Source: a virus
Lineage: Duplodnaviria; Caudoviricetes
Virus record (IMG/VR): IMGVR_UViG_3300046010_005694
Location: 1 to 38,434 of that record
DNA: 38,434 nucleotides
Strand: one strand, 5' to 3'
Shown here: positions 24,501 to 32,917 of the stretch, piece by piece
Layout: each line of letters begins with the position of its first letter
Position numbering within the stretch: the first letter of the stretch is position 1
The notes under the pieces: generated by a model
Told to the model about the DNA's origin: nothing
The model's database searches: none
Seen by the model: only the letters and a program-made list of their open reading frames with translations
Position numbers and translations under genes: made by a program

Positions 24501-27500
24501 TTGAAGTGCGATTCGCTCTTGGGCGATTTGGGTCGCCTTTTGCGTTGCCGCCGCGGCTTGTTGCGCTGCCGCTTCCTCGGCTTGTTTCTGCGCGACGAGG
24601 GCTTGCACTTGGTCGAAGATACCGCGGTTCGATGCGTCCAGGGCTTCGCGTTGGCGGTTCAGGGCTTGCGCTGCGGTGTCGGTGAGCGCGTTAAGTTGGT
24701 CTTGTAAGCTCGCGCGCTCTTGTGCCACCTGGGCGGATTTCTGCGCCGCTGCTTCCTCGGCTTGTTTCTGCGCACCGAGCGCTTGAATTTGGTCGAAAAT
24801 CCCGCGGTTCGATTCGTCCAGGGCTTCGCGTTGGCGGTTCAGAGCTTGCGCTGCGGTGTCGGTCAATGTGTTTAGTTGCGCTTGGAGTGCTGCGCGTTCT
24901 TGTGACACCTGGGCAATACGTTGCGCCGCGGCTTCCTCGGCGGCTTTTTGTGCCGATAGCGCTTGGATTTGGTCGAACAATGCCACGTTAGAAGCGTCGA
25001 GCGCCGCGCGTTGACGTTCGAGTGATTGCGCGGCGGTGTCGGTGAGTGCGTTAAGTTGCTCTTGCAAGCCCGAACGTTGTTGCGCCACCTGGGCGGATTT
25101 TTGCGCCGCTGCTTCCTCGGCTTGTTTCTGTGCGCCGAGCGCTTGGATTTGGTCGAAGATACCGCGATTCGATTCGTCTAGCGCTTCGCGTTGGCGGTTT
25201 AGGGCTTGCGCGGCGGTGTCGGTCAATCCGTTAAGTTGGTCTTGCAATCCGGTGCGCTCTTGCGCGATTTGTGCCGCCCGTTGCGCTGCGGCTTCCTCGG
25301 CGGCTTTCTGCGCGGTCAATGCCTGGATTTGGTCGAAAATCGCGACGTTCGTTTGTTCGAGCGCGAAGCGTTGCGCTTGCAATCGCTGTTCGCTCGTCAT
25401 CGTCAATTCGTTTAGTTGCGATGTCAAAGCCAAACGCTCGTCGCTCGCCGCTTTTTGAATTGCCGCGATTTGTTGTTCGGCGTCTTGCTTTTCTTTTAGT
25501 GCTTGGATTTGGTCGAAAATCCCGCGGTTCGATTCGTCAAGCGCTGCGCGTTGACGTTCGAGGGATTGCGCGGCGGTTTCGGTAAGCGCGTTAAATTGAT
25601 CTTGCAAAGCCGTGCGCTCTTGCGCCACCTGTGCCGCTCTTTGCGCTGCCGCTTCCTCGGCTTGGCGTTGCATGGTGAGCGCTTGGATTTGGTCGAAAAT
25701 GCCGCGATTCGATGCGTCCAGGGCTTCGCGTTGACGTGCAAGCGCTTGCGCACCTGTGTCGGTTAATGCGTTTAATTGTTCTTCGAGGTTTGCGCGTTCG
25801 CGAGCGACGTCCGCCGCTTGCTTGATCGTTGTTCCTGTTTCGACGAGAACACCGTTTAGGCTCGCGGTGTAGTCTGTCACCGCTTTAAATTGCGGCGCGA
25901 TTGCGATAAGTTCCGCATACATTTTCGCACCGGACTCGGTCGACAAATCGAGCGATTGCACCAAGTTTTTAAACTCGGGCACGGTGTCGACGGTGGATTT
26001 GCCAAGTCGTGCCATTGTTTCGGCGACGATGTCGACGGCGGGCTTCATCTTCTCGGCTTCCGACAAGAAGTTTTCAGCGAAGAACGACGCGCCCGATAAG
26101 AACTTATCAAAGCCGCCCGACAATTCGATTAAGCGTTGTGCATCACCCGCACCGACGACGCTAGTCGATAGTTTTTCGAGACCGATTGCGGAAATTGTCT
26201 GATTAACCCCGACAAGCCCCGTCGCTAGGCGAGCCATTGCCGCCGCCGATGTCTCGCCTTCTTTTCGTAGCGATGCGATATTCGGGATTAAATCCGCCGC
26301 GATTAAATCGGCAATTCCCCCAAACACCCCCGCGAGGGCTTTCTCGGTTTCTTCTTGCGTTTTGCCGAGTGTTAAATTTATCGAGTCGTTACGCTTTGCG
26401 ATTTCGTCCGCGTTCAATCCGAGGGATTTTGCGAAGTCCGCGGCGGCGGTTTTAACCGCGTCGTAGCTGCCGTTTAATAGCTTGAGAAGTTCCTTATCGC
26501 TGGTTAAGCTTGCGGTGTCGGTGTACGACTTGCCGTCGCGGGTCGTTGCGACGGAGTCTTTCAAGCCGTACGACCACACGTCGGAGCGGTCGGAGCGGAA
26601 CAAACCGCCCTGCTGCGTCCACGGTTGATTGCGCATTAGGTTGTCGGTGCCGAGGGTGCCCGTTACGGTTTGCCCGCCGAACTCTTTTTCTTTCATGCCG
26701 AAAAGCCGCGGGGCGATACCGAAGATCGCCGCGCCAGCGTCCGCCGACACCCCGTTAAGCCGATACTCGCCGTTGATCGCCTTCATACCCTGGAAAGCCG
26801 CAATCGCCGCGGCAACGTAGGGCATTGCGCCCGCAATCGACGCACCTGTCGAACCCGCGCCCGTGAGTGCCACGGTGCCCGAAGATGCCGTGCCTAACGT
26901 GCTGCCCGTCAGCGCCGCCGCTTCCGCGGTTAATGCGCTCGCTGTCGTTGCGGAACTTAGACCGAGCGATTGCCCGAGCGAACTCATTGCAAACGACGTA
27001 AAAGTGCCCGACGATGCCGCGCCCGCCGCCGCGAAACCTTCCCATAACGACTTGCCCGTCGAGATTGCGTTAAATGCTTGCCCTAGCGGGTTCGTCGCCG
27101 CGCTCGCGTTGCCCGCGATGCCACCAATAACGCCAGTCAAAACACCTTGAATTGCAAGTTTTAAAACGGTCGTTTTGAATAGATTTTTGATGCCGCCCCA
27201 AAAGCTTTCGAAAAAGCCTTTGCCCGCTTCGAAACCGCGATAAAGCGAGTCGCTTAAGCCGTTGTAAATATCGGTATAAAAATTAGTCCAGGTCTCTTGT
27301 TGCGCTTTGATGCCCGCGAGGTTCTTTGCGTCCGCGGCGATTTGTTCCGCTTTTAGCTTCGCTTCATTTGCACCCGCGCTAGAGATTTTGTTCAATGCGC
27401 GTTCGTTTTCGATTGCTGCGAGTTGCTTTTGCAATTCGAGTTCGATTTTGTATTGCGCAAGCGCCGTCGCGCGTTCGGTCGACGACTGCCCAAGCAAAGA

Positions 27501-29285
27501 CAATTCGAGCTTTGCAAGTTCCGCGCTTTCCTGGTATCCACGCGCCCAATCGTCGAGCGACGATTTCAAGCGGTTTTCGGCTTGTAATTGGTCGGTAAAG
27601 CCCGTAATTATGTCTTTTGTGTTTTTCTTCACCGCGTCGGCGTAAGCCGTGTGTGATTTGGTGAGTTCTTCGTTTATCCGCTTTTCAGCGTCACCCATGG
27701 CTTTATATTCGGCTTTGCGAACTTGCCAGGCGAGCGATTGATCCTCGGCGGCTTTCAGTGCCTTTTCCACGCCGCTCTTGCGAATGATCGCGATTTGTTC
27801 TTCGATTTCTTTTTCGCCCACCCCCGCGGCGATACCCGCGGCGCGCACCTTGGCGATTTCGCGACGGAGTTTTTCCTCTTTGCTTAAGTTCTTTTCGACC
27901 ACCCCGCCCCACTCGATACCCGCTTGAACTTGCTTGTTCGCGGCTTCCTGGGCTTTCGCTTCCTCTTTTCTCGCGTCGACTTTCGAGCGCAAAATGCGGA
28001 TCATTCGCTCGTTTTGGTCGAGCTCGACTTGATAACGGGCGGAGAGGGTCGTGTCGCCGTTCGCTTCCGCGTCTTTCTTAAGCTTCTCGAATTGCTCGCG
28101 TTGCTTGAATAGCTTTGCGATTTTTTGGTCGGCGGTCGGATCGTCGAAAACTCGCTTTGCTGCGTCGAGCGCGTCCGATGTCGCTGTTTTGATGCGAATC
28201 CATCCGCGTTCCCAATCGGTGAGCGTTTCGCTTACTTTGCCCGCTTGGTTCACCAACGCGTTCGCGTAAGTCTCTTGCGCCAGGCGAGCGGCGTCCGCCT
28301 TCTTGCCTTGGTCTTCTAGTGCTTTGATTTGCTCGTAAATTTCGAGCGTTAAGAATCGATATTTTTCGTTGAGCGCTTCGATTGATTTTGTCGGGCTTTT
28401 GCCTAAGTCTGAAAACGCCTTGACGGTGTCCTCGACCGCGAGCCCGAGAAGTTGTTGCCCTTTGATCGCTGCCCGCGCTGCATCGTCTAACACCGACATG
28501 GAGACCTTGCCCGACGATACCAAGCCGTTTAACGCTTCCGCGGCGAGTGATTGCGAGCCGATGCCCACGTCGCTAATTCGCTGCGCGGCGGTCATAAGTT
28601 GGTCGGTTGTCGTGCCCGCTGCGTTGCCGCTTAAGATAATCGACTTCGCGAATGCTTGCGATTGTTCGTTCGATTGCGAATAGGCGTACCCAAGCGCGGC
28701 GACTGCTGCACCCGCCGCGGTAATCGGGTTGATTAAGCCGACGAGATAAGAACCCATTGCGCGGGCGGCGTTGCCTGCCCCGCCGAACATATCTTTTAAC
28801 TGTCCGCCTTGTTGCAAAAATACAGTGAGGGGTTTTTGCCCGCCCTGAATGCTCGTCACAATGTCGGTAAATTGCGCGGGAACGTTGCGCATCGCGGCGG
28901 CGGTTTGTGCTGCTGATATGCCGACGCTTTTTTGCGCACCTTCGACGGCTTTCAATTGTTCCAAGTACGGGCGGAGTACGTCGGCATTGATGCCGCGCTG
29001 TTGTGCCAATACTTCGAAATATTTTGCGCTCGACTTCGAACCCGATTCCATCGCCGCCGTCGTGCGTTGAATGGAGCCGATCATGTTGTTTGTTGCGCGG
29101 TCGATCTTCGTCGCCGCTGCGGCGCCCGCTTCGCCGACGTTGCCGAGGCTGTCGGCGGTTTCTTTATTCGCTCTTTTGGCTACTTGCGATAAGTTGTCGA
29201 TTGTTCGCGCTATAGGTGCGACGCCTTCTTGCACCTTCGAGCCGTCGAGACCAACCTCAATCGTTGCGCTTAACTTATCGGACAT
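21540..29285 (-). CDS. Tail length tape measure protein (lambda TMP_2-type N-terminus), 2581 aa
   Basis: MRNVPAQFTDIVTSIQGGQKPLTVFLQQGGQLKDMFGG motif; follows the chaperone pair; Ala/Gln-rich. Confidence 0.95.
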   Translation of the reverse strand: MSDKLSATIEVGLDGSKVQEGVAPIARTIDNLSQVAKRANKETADSLGNVGEAGAAAATKIDRATNNMIGSIQRTTAAMESGSKSSAKYFEVLAQQRGINADVLRPYLEQLKAVEGAQKSVGISAAQTAAAMRNVPAQFTDIVTSIQGGQKPLTVFLQQGGQLKDMFGGAGNAARAMGSYLVGLINPITAAGAAVAALGYAYSQSNEQSQAFAKSIILSGNAAGTTTDQLMTAAQRISDVGIGSQSLAAEALNGLVSSGKVSMSVLDDAARAAIKGQQLLGLAVEDTVKAFSDLGKSPTKSIEALNEKYRFLTLEIYEQIKALEDQGKKADAARLAQETYANALVNQAGKVSETLTDWERGWIRIKTATSDALDAAKRVFDDPTADQKIAKLFKQREQFEKLKKDAEANGDTTLSARYQVELDQNERMIRILRSKVDARKEEAKAQEAANKQVQAGIEWGGVVEKNLSKEEKLRREIAKVRAAGIAAGVGEKEIEEQIAIIRKSGVEKALKAAEDQSLAWQVRKAEYKAMGDAEKRINEELTKSHTAYADAVKKNTKDIITGFTDQLQAENRLKSSLDDWARGYQESAELAKLELSLLGQSSTERATALAQYKIELELQKQLAAIENERALNKISSAGANEAKLKAEQIAADAKNLAGIKAQQETWTNFYTDIYNGLSDSLYRGFEAGKGFFESFWGGIKNLFKTTVLKLAIQGVLTGVIGGIAGNASAATNPLGQAFNAISTGKSLWEGFAAAGAASSGTFTSFAMSSLGQSLGLSSATTASALTAEAAALTGSTLGTASSGTVALTGAGSTGASIAGAMPYVAAAIAAFQGMKAINGEYRLNGVSADAGAAIFGIAPRLFGMKEKEFGGQTVTGTLGTDNLMRNQPWTQQGGLFRSDRSDVWSYGLKDSVATTRDGKSYTDTASLTSDKELLKLLNGSYDAVKTAAADFAKSLGLNADEIAKRNDSINLTLGKTQEETEKALAGVFGGIADLIAADLIPNIASLRKEGETSAAAMARLATGLVGVNQTISAIGLEKLSTSVVGAGDAQRLIELSGGFDKFLSGASFFAENFLSEAEKMKPAVDIVAETMARLGKSTVDTVPEFKNLVQSLDLSTESGAKMYAELIAIAPQFKAVTDYTASLNGVLVETGTTIKQAADVARERANLEEQLNALTDTGAQALARQREALDASNRGIFDQIQALTMQRQAEEAAAQRAAQVAQERTALQDQFNALTETAAQSLERQRAALDESNRGIFDQIQALKEKQDAEQQIAAIQKAASDERLALTSQLNELTMTSEQRLQAQRFALEQTNVAIFDQIQALTAQKAAEEAAAQRAAQIAQERTGLQDQLNGLTDTAAQALNRQREALDESNRGIFDQIQALGAQKQAEEAAAQKSAQVAQQRSGLQEQLNALTDTAAQSLERQRAALDASNVALFDQIQALSAQKAAEEAAAQRIAQVSQERAALQAQLNTLTDTAAQALNRQREALDESNRGIFDQIQALGAQKQAEEAAAQKSAQVAQERASLQDQLNALTDTAAQALNRQREALDASNRGIFDQVQALVAQKQAEEAAAQQAAAATQKATQIAQERIALQDQLNALTDSAAQALARQREALDASNQGIFDQIQALSAQKQAQEAATQKAAQVAQERGALQDQLNAITDTAAQSLNRQRAALDASNVAIFDQIQALTAQRQAEEAATQKAAQIAQERGTLQDQLNALTDTAAQALSRQREALDASNRGIFDQVQALSAQKAAEEAAAQRAAQVSQERGALQDQLNALTDTATQALARQREALDASNQGIFDQIQALSAQRQAEEAAAQRAAQVAQERVDLQDQLAALTGDSAQALARQREALDASNRGIFDQIQALSAQKQAQEQALAAQKQAQEEAAQRAAQIAQERAALQDRINGLTDTAAQALERQRAALDASNQGLFDQVQALTAQRQAEEAATQKAAQVAQERLSLQDQLNGMTGTATEALARQREALDASNRGIFDQIQALSAQRQAEEAAAQKAAQVAQERGTLQDQLNGLTDTAAQALARQRDALDASNRGIFDQIQALSAQKQAEDAAAQQAAQKATQIAQERTALQDQLNALTDTAVDALARQRAALDASNQGIFDQIQALGAQKQAEEAAAQKAAQVAQERTGLQDRLNGLTDSSTQALERQRAALDESNRGIFDQIQALTAQRQAEEAAAQRTSQIAQERTGLQEQLNALTDTAAQALTRQREALDASNQGIFDQIQAINAQRQAEAAAAQKAAQVAQERAGLQDQLNGLTDSAVQALARQRAALDESNRSIFDQIVAIRNQQQAAEDAKQATQEALGAVQKAIDTERTRVSVIKQAAQESVNSIKGVFGVLGDQIDSIYNSVDSTKALQAIAGNAFLDNALANAKATGYLPEQNQLASAIAAVRNGIASTEYTTQFEADRAALVMAGKLSQLQEIAVPQLNAAEQALAVANQQLATLDAQEALAKQQVDAINGVNNSVLSVQTALNNLAAAIQGRTPAASPNLTATPATTTSFDAPVTATLNLQNARLESLVESLTAEVQRLQEIGAIGNQNTRRIGDAVNGNSDAPMRVTVED
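22340..25803 (-). repeat. 19 tandem ~180-bp (60-aa) repeats within the tape measure gene
   Basis: Consensus QERxxLQDQLNALTDTAAQALxRQRxALDxSNRGIFDQIQALxAQxQAEEAAAQKAAQVA; 19 FDQ anchors counted. Confidence 0.95.
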
Positions 29286-29303
29286 GGTTAACCTTGAATA
29301 AAG

Positions 29304-29329
29304 AAAAAGCCCGCTAGTCGGCGGGCTTA
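29304..29329 (-). terminator. Terminator-like hairpin before the tape measure gene
   Basis: Minus strand AAGCCCGC-CGACTA-GCGGGCTT plus T run, overlapping the chaperone stop. Confidence 0.6.
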
Positions 29330-29637
29330 TTTAAAAAATGAAGTGCTGCGCGTTCTAGTGTCGAAACATCGCTTTCGAGTTCGTTGCGCTCGTCCGCGTC
29401 TAGCTTCATGCGGTCGAGCCTTGCGAATAACACGTTGTAATCGAGTCCGATGTAACCTTGAAACGCTGTCCGCCATTGGGTAGAGAGCGAACAAAAAACC
29501 GAAAACGCTGTTTCGTTGTCGGGAAAAACTTCTAAAATCTCACTCGCGAAATCTTCACGCGTTAACCCCGCTTCGGCGAGTTCTGCGTCGGTGGGGTCTT
29601 TCGTGTAGAACTTTTCCGCGAGTGCTTCTAGTTTTTT
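29314..29637 (-). CDS. Tail assembly chaperone extension (gpGT-like, DUF1799), -1 frame
   Basis: EVFPDN..AF.VF..LSTQWR.....IGLDY motif; no clear start of its own; entered at the slippery site. Confidence 0.85.
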   Translation of the reverse strand, partial: KKLEALAEKFYTKDPTDAELAEAGLTREDFASEILEVFPDNETAFSVFCSLSTQWRTAFQGYIGLDYNVLFARLDRMKLDADERNELESDVSTLERAALHFLNKPAD

Positions 29638-30047
29638 ATGCGTTCCTCGGCGACCGCGTTCGCGTAGGTGCTTGAAATTGCTTTCAGCGAGCCTGGGAAC
29701 TCGTTTTCCAAACGCATTAAGTTTTCTTTGCTTAAGTCGTCTTCGATGTCCCAACCCTTCGCGATTTTCAAAACGTGCTCGGCGCTGTTCTTGCCTGATT
29801 TCTCGTAGAGTTCAGACCAAAACGAATCAGACATCGATTCGATAGAACTGTTATCGTCGCCGCGGCTTGCTTCGAAATCGGCTTTCGCGCGCTTGATGCC
29901 TTCGTCGGCGAGTTCTGCAAACTCTTTTTTGGTGCGGTATTGGTAAGTCACTTCGAGGTCGAGGGCTTTGTCGTCGACCGTGTGCAAAGTGATTGTGCGT
30001 TTGAAGTCTTTCGGTTGTGCGCCGAATTTAAATTTTTGATTTGCCAT
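29628..30047 (-). CDS. Tail assembly chaperone (gpG-like)
   Basis: Start MANQKFKFGAQPKDF; IAKGWDIEDD; between tail tube and tape measure. Confidence 0.88.
   Translation of the reverse strand: MANQKFKFGAQPKDFKRTITLHTVDDKALDLEVTYQYRTKKEFAELADEGIKRAKADFEASRGDDNSSIESMSDSFWSELYEKSGKNSAEHVLKIAKGWDIEDDLSKENLMRLENEFPGSLKAISSTYANAVAEERIKN
29631..29637 (-). other. Programmed -1 frameshift site A-AAA-AAC
   Basis: CGC ATA AAA AAC TAG; the -1 frame continues KLEALAEKF. Confidence 0.8.
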
Positions 30048-30153
30048 GGTATTTATCTTTCGCGAGATAGTTAAAAAAGCCTGTGCCCGTCGGTGCTTCC
30101 CGCGAAAGGAAGACACCGACGAGTCAGTGCCAGGGTTGAGCGCTTAGCTCGGA

Positions 30154-30798
30154 TTAAGACGCGTAACGGTTCGGACGACCTTGCAACGCGATACCGGCTT
30201 TTACCGACATCAAATTGCCTTTTGTCATCGACGGCGTTTCGTCGAATGCAAAAATGCCGTTGTACAAAATCACGCCGCCCGCGGGCATTGACGCGCGCAA
30301 AGCCGTCACCGCGCGAGATTGCGCGGTCGTTTTCAATGCTTGATAGCCCGCCAAAGTCGGATCGTCGGCAATTTCCAACGCCAGGGATTGCGCGCTAGTT
30401 GTTGTCGGGATTTGGCTATCAAAATTTTGTTCCAAGAACGAGAAAGTTTGATACTGCGGATCGCCACCGGAACTTGTGCAACCGATGATTTGAGTGATTT
30501 GCGTCCAAGTGTTGATTTTGCGGATTGTTCCGGTGCCCGAACCTGTCGGGAACGAAACGACGTTCGTCGTGTCGAGACCTTCGGCGACGATGGTTGTGCC
30601 CGTCACTGATTTGGCGCGGAACACACGATTATTCGCGCTAGACCAACCGCTAACGAACTCGAAATAATCACCGTTCGCGAGGGTGTTCGTTACTGTTAAA
30701 ACCGCTTCGGCGGCGTTCGACGCTGCGGTCACTGTGAGATTGCCAGCGTATGCGGTCGCGATTGCGAGCACAACGCCATTCGGTAATGAAACTGCCAT
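30154..30798 (-). CDS. Major tail tube protein (Phage_tail_3 type)
   Basis: MAVSLPNG, WTQITQI....SSGGDPQY, QIPTT.SA motifs; AAGGA RBS. Confidence 0.92.
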   Translation of the reverse strand: MAVSLPNGVVLAIATAYAGNLTVTAASNAAEAVLTVTNTLANGDYFEFVSGWSSANNRVFRAKSVTGTTIVAEGLDTTNVVSFPTGSGTGTIRKINTWTQITQIIGCTSSGGDPQYQTFSFLEQNFDSQIPTTTSAQSLALEIADDPTLAGYQALKTTAQSRAVTALRASMPAGGVILYNGIFAFDETPSMTKGNLMSVKAGIALQGRPNRYAS

Positions 30799-30819
30799 TT
30801 TTATTTCCTTTCAAGGAAT

Positions 30820-30896
30820 GAAAAAGCCGCCCGAAGGCGGCAAGTTGTTGCGCCCGAAAGGGCAAATAAAAAAGCCGCCCAAAAAAGGCGGCTTTC
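30820..30896 (-). terminator. Two terminator-like hairpins flanking a third small hairpin
   Basis: Minus strand AGCCGCC-loop-GGCGGCT-T6, GCCC-TTTC-GGGC, GCCGCC-TTCG-GGCGGC-T5. Confidence 0.7.
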
Positions 30897-30912
30897 GTAA
30901 ATCGTTAAGCTG

Positions 30913-31257
30913 TTAAGACCACAAAGAAAAATCTTGAATCGTTCCGCGGGCGTTCGTTGTCTCGTCATAATCGGCGACGACGCCCGATTCAATTTTCGCG
31001 AGGAGCGGCGCGGCGACCATGATGTTTTCGACCTGCCGCGCTAGTGTCGAAGCTTCCGCGCGGGTTGCCGCCCAAACTTTCACCATGAAACGGGCGTTTT
31101 TCTTATCTGAGAACTCGGCACCTACAAAATTGACGGGCTTCCCGCCTGTCTGTTGATAGGTGATGTAGGGCATTTGAGTGCCCTCGGGTGCCACGTCGGG
31201 GAACACTCGACTCGCCACCAAGCCCGAGAGCGCGGCGTAAATACTAGCTTCGACCAT
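30913..31257 (-). CDS. Tail terminator / completion protein (DUF3168)
   Basis: RVFPDVAPEGT..PYITYQQTGG, KNAR..V.VWA motif; synteny. Confidence 0.88.
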   Translation of the reverse strand: MVEASIYAALSGLVASRVFPDVAPEGTQMPYITYQQTGGKPVNFVGAEFSDKKNARFMVKVWAATRAEASTLARQVENIMVAAPLLAKIESGVVADYDETTNARGTIQDFSLWS

Positions 31258-31642
31258 TTTTTATATCTTCCAATTTCTCGCCCAGGCGTTTACGTGCCGC
31301 GTCCATCGCTTCGACGATCTTCGCGTCGTAAGTCGGCGCGATAAAAGGTTTCGCGGGTGTTCTTTTCGTGCCTAGCTCGGCAAAGTGCCAATGAGGGGCT
31401 TTTTTCTTATTCACGCCGATGGAGTACACCTGCGCGCCGTTAACCGATTGTTTTTCGTTGTGGTACTGGTAAAGCGCACTTTTTAAACGCCCCGTTTTAA
31501 CCGGAACGCGCAAATTTAATTCGCTGTAAATCACTTTTGACGCTGCGAACGCCGCGGGGCGCAACGCTTTGTCGACCACCTCGTCGGCGAACTTTTCGAG
31601 GTTCGCTTGCAAAGCCGCGGTGTCAAATTTGATCGTAATCAC
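31244..31642 (-). CDS. HK97 gp10-family tail component
   Basis: VPVKTGRLKSAL, HWHFAELGT...PAKPFIAP; probable GTG start overlapping the upstream stop. Confidence 0.9.
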   Translation of the reverse strand: MITIKFDTAALQANLEKFADEVVDKALRPAAFAASKVIYSELNLRVPVKTGRLKSALYQYHNEKQSVNGAQVYSIGVNKKKAPHWHFAELGTKRTPAKPFIAPTYDAKIVEAMDAARKRLGEKLEDIKNGRS

Positions 31643-31962
31643 GCGACCACCTTGCAAACTAGATCGACATAAACTTTTCGACTGTCGGGCAATACCGCAT
31701 CGATTTCGAACACCGTCGACCCGAAGACCGCGCGCATACCCGCTTCGATGTCGGTGCGATAGCGCAAGCGAATCGACACCTTCACGACCGACGTTTGCGC
31801 GTCTGCTTTGATCGTTTGCAAGCCGTTTAAATACTTAACATTCGCCCAAACGTCCGCATCGAGCGGCACCCAATCGCCGACAACTTCTTGCCCGAGCGCG
31901 TCGCGCGTCGTGCCTGGTTGCTGGATCGTTACCAGGTCGTTTAGGGTTTGCGCAAAGGTCAT
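31639..31962 (-). CDS. Head closure protein (SPP1 gp16-like head-tail joining)
   Basis: VTIQ.....DALGQ....W...VWANV, IRLRYR.DI..GMR...FEI.AVLPD. Confidence 0.92.
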   Translation of the reverse strand: MTFAQTLNDLVTIQQPGTTRDALGQEVVGDWVPLDADVWANVKYLNGLQTIKADAQTSVVKVSIRLRYRTDIEAGMRAVFGSTVFEIDAVLPDSRKVYVDLVCKVVA

Positions 31963-32507
31963 AATTCGGAAACCTTTAAACGCGCCAAAATGCCGTCGAC
32001 AAAACTGTTTTTTACTGCGGGCGGGTTGCTCGAGTCGAATACCTCGACCAACTTCGCTAAAATGTAAGCCTTCATCGCCGAGGGTGTCGCTGTGTCGCTG
32101 GTGCCATAGCCCGCAACGTATTCAACGATCACCGCGTCGTCACGCTCAAAGGTCTCGGGAAACTCGCCGAAAGTGCGGATCGTCGCGAAATACTCGGTCG
32201 TATAAAGCGAATAATTAGACGGGTCGAGGGTTTGCAAAGTGTTCGTCGTGTCGTAATAGCGCACGGACGACACCGAGACAATCGGCAAACGCGGGAGCCG
32301 ACCGAGGTCGTCGAACGACTCGCAAAGCGCTTGCCAGGTTTGCTGCATCACCGAACGCCCCGTCAAATGTTCGGCATGTTCGGTGATTGCGCGCACCCAG
32401 GCGTCGACTATCGAATCAAGCGCCGAGCCGTTGACGCGCAAAGCGACTTTCGCGTCGGCGAGAGACACCGCGAGCGCGGTCGGTGCTGTGATTCGTTTCG
32501 TTAACAT
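31959..32507 (-). CDS. Head-tail connector (phiE125 gp8 / HK97 gp6-like)
   Basis: AVSLADAK..LRV, AEHLTGR..M.QTW, LPRLP..SV.SV.Y, V.VEYVAGYG. Confidence 0.88.
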   Translation of the reverse strand: MLTKRITAPTALAVSLADAKVALRVNGSALDSIVDAWVRAITEHAEHLTGRSVMQQTWQALCESFDDLGRLPRLPIVSVSSVRYYDTTNTLQTLDPSNYSLYTTEYFATIRTFGEFPETFERDDAVIVEYVAGYGTSDTATPSAMKAYILAKLVEVFDSSNPPAVKNSFVDGILARLKVSEL

Positions 32508-32833
32508 TATTCGCCTTTTGCTTCGATAGCTTTGCGAGCGTAAGCGACCGCGTCGTCGTGGTCGTCGATTGCGCCTTGCGCTTTGCCGACTTGGATTTCG
32601 CGGGCGGTCAATGCCACCAATTCACCCGCCGAACCGAAATCGCAATCGCGCAAGCAAACCGCGTCGACTGTTTCGCCCGTGTCTTCGGCGCCTTCGCCTA
32701 GTGCGTTTTCTGCGTCGGCTTTAGTTGCGGCGGCGGTTAGTTCCGCGCTCGCCACTTGGGCGGCGGCGGCTTTCTCTGCTGCTGCTTGTTCTTGCGCGAG
32801 CTTCGCCGCGGCTTTTTGTGCTGTTGTTGCCAT
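32507..32833 (-). CDS. Hypothetical capsid-adjacent protein
   Basis: Ala-rich N-terminus, small C-terminal domain ending AVAYA; between capsid and connector. Confidence 0.75.
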   Translation of the reverse strand: MATTAQKAAAKLAQEQAAAEKAAAAQVASAELTAAATKADAENALGEGAEDTGETVDAVCLRDCDFGSAGELVALTAREIQVGKAQGAIDDHDDAVAYARKAIEAKGE

Positions 32834-32869
32834 GGTCTTTTTTATCCTTATTTCGCGGGATAGAAAAAC

Positions 32870-32900
32870 AAAAAGCGGAACACCGAAGCGCCCCGCTTTT
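32870..32900 (-). terminator. Intrinsic terminator after the major capsid gene
   Basis: Minus strand AGCGGGGCGC-TTCG-GTGTTCCGCT-TTTT with G-U pairs. Confidence 0.8.
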
Positions 32901-32917
32901 CCTTTTTAGCTCGACAA

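Noticed and set aside
21612-29301. Numerous plus-strand ORFs opposite the tape measure gene
   Set aside because: Antisense shadows of an Ala/Gln-rich repetitive gene, without RBS or plausible composition.
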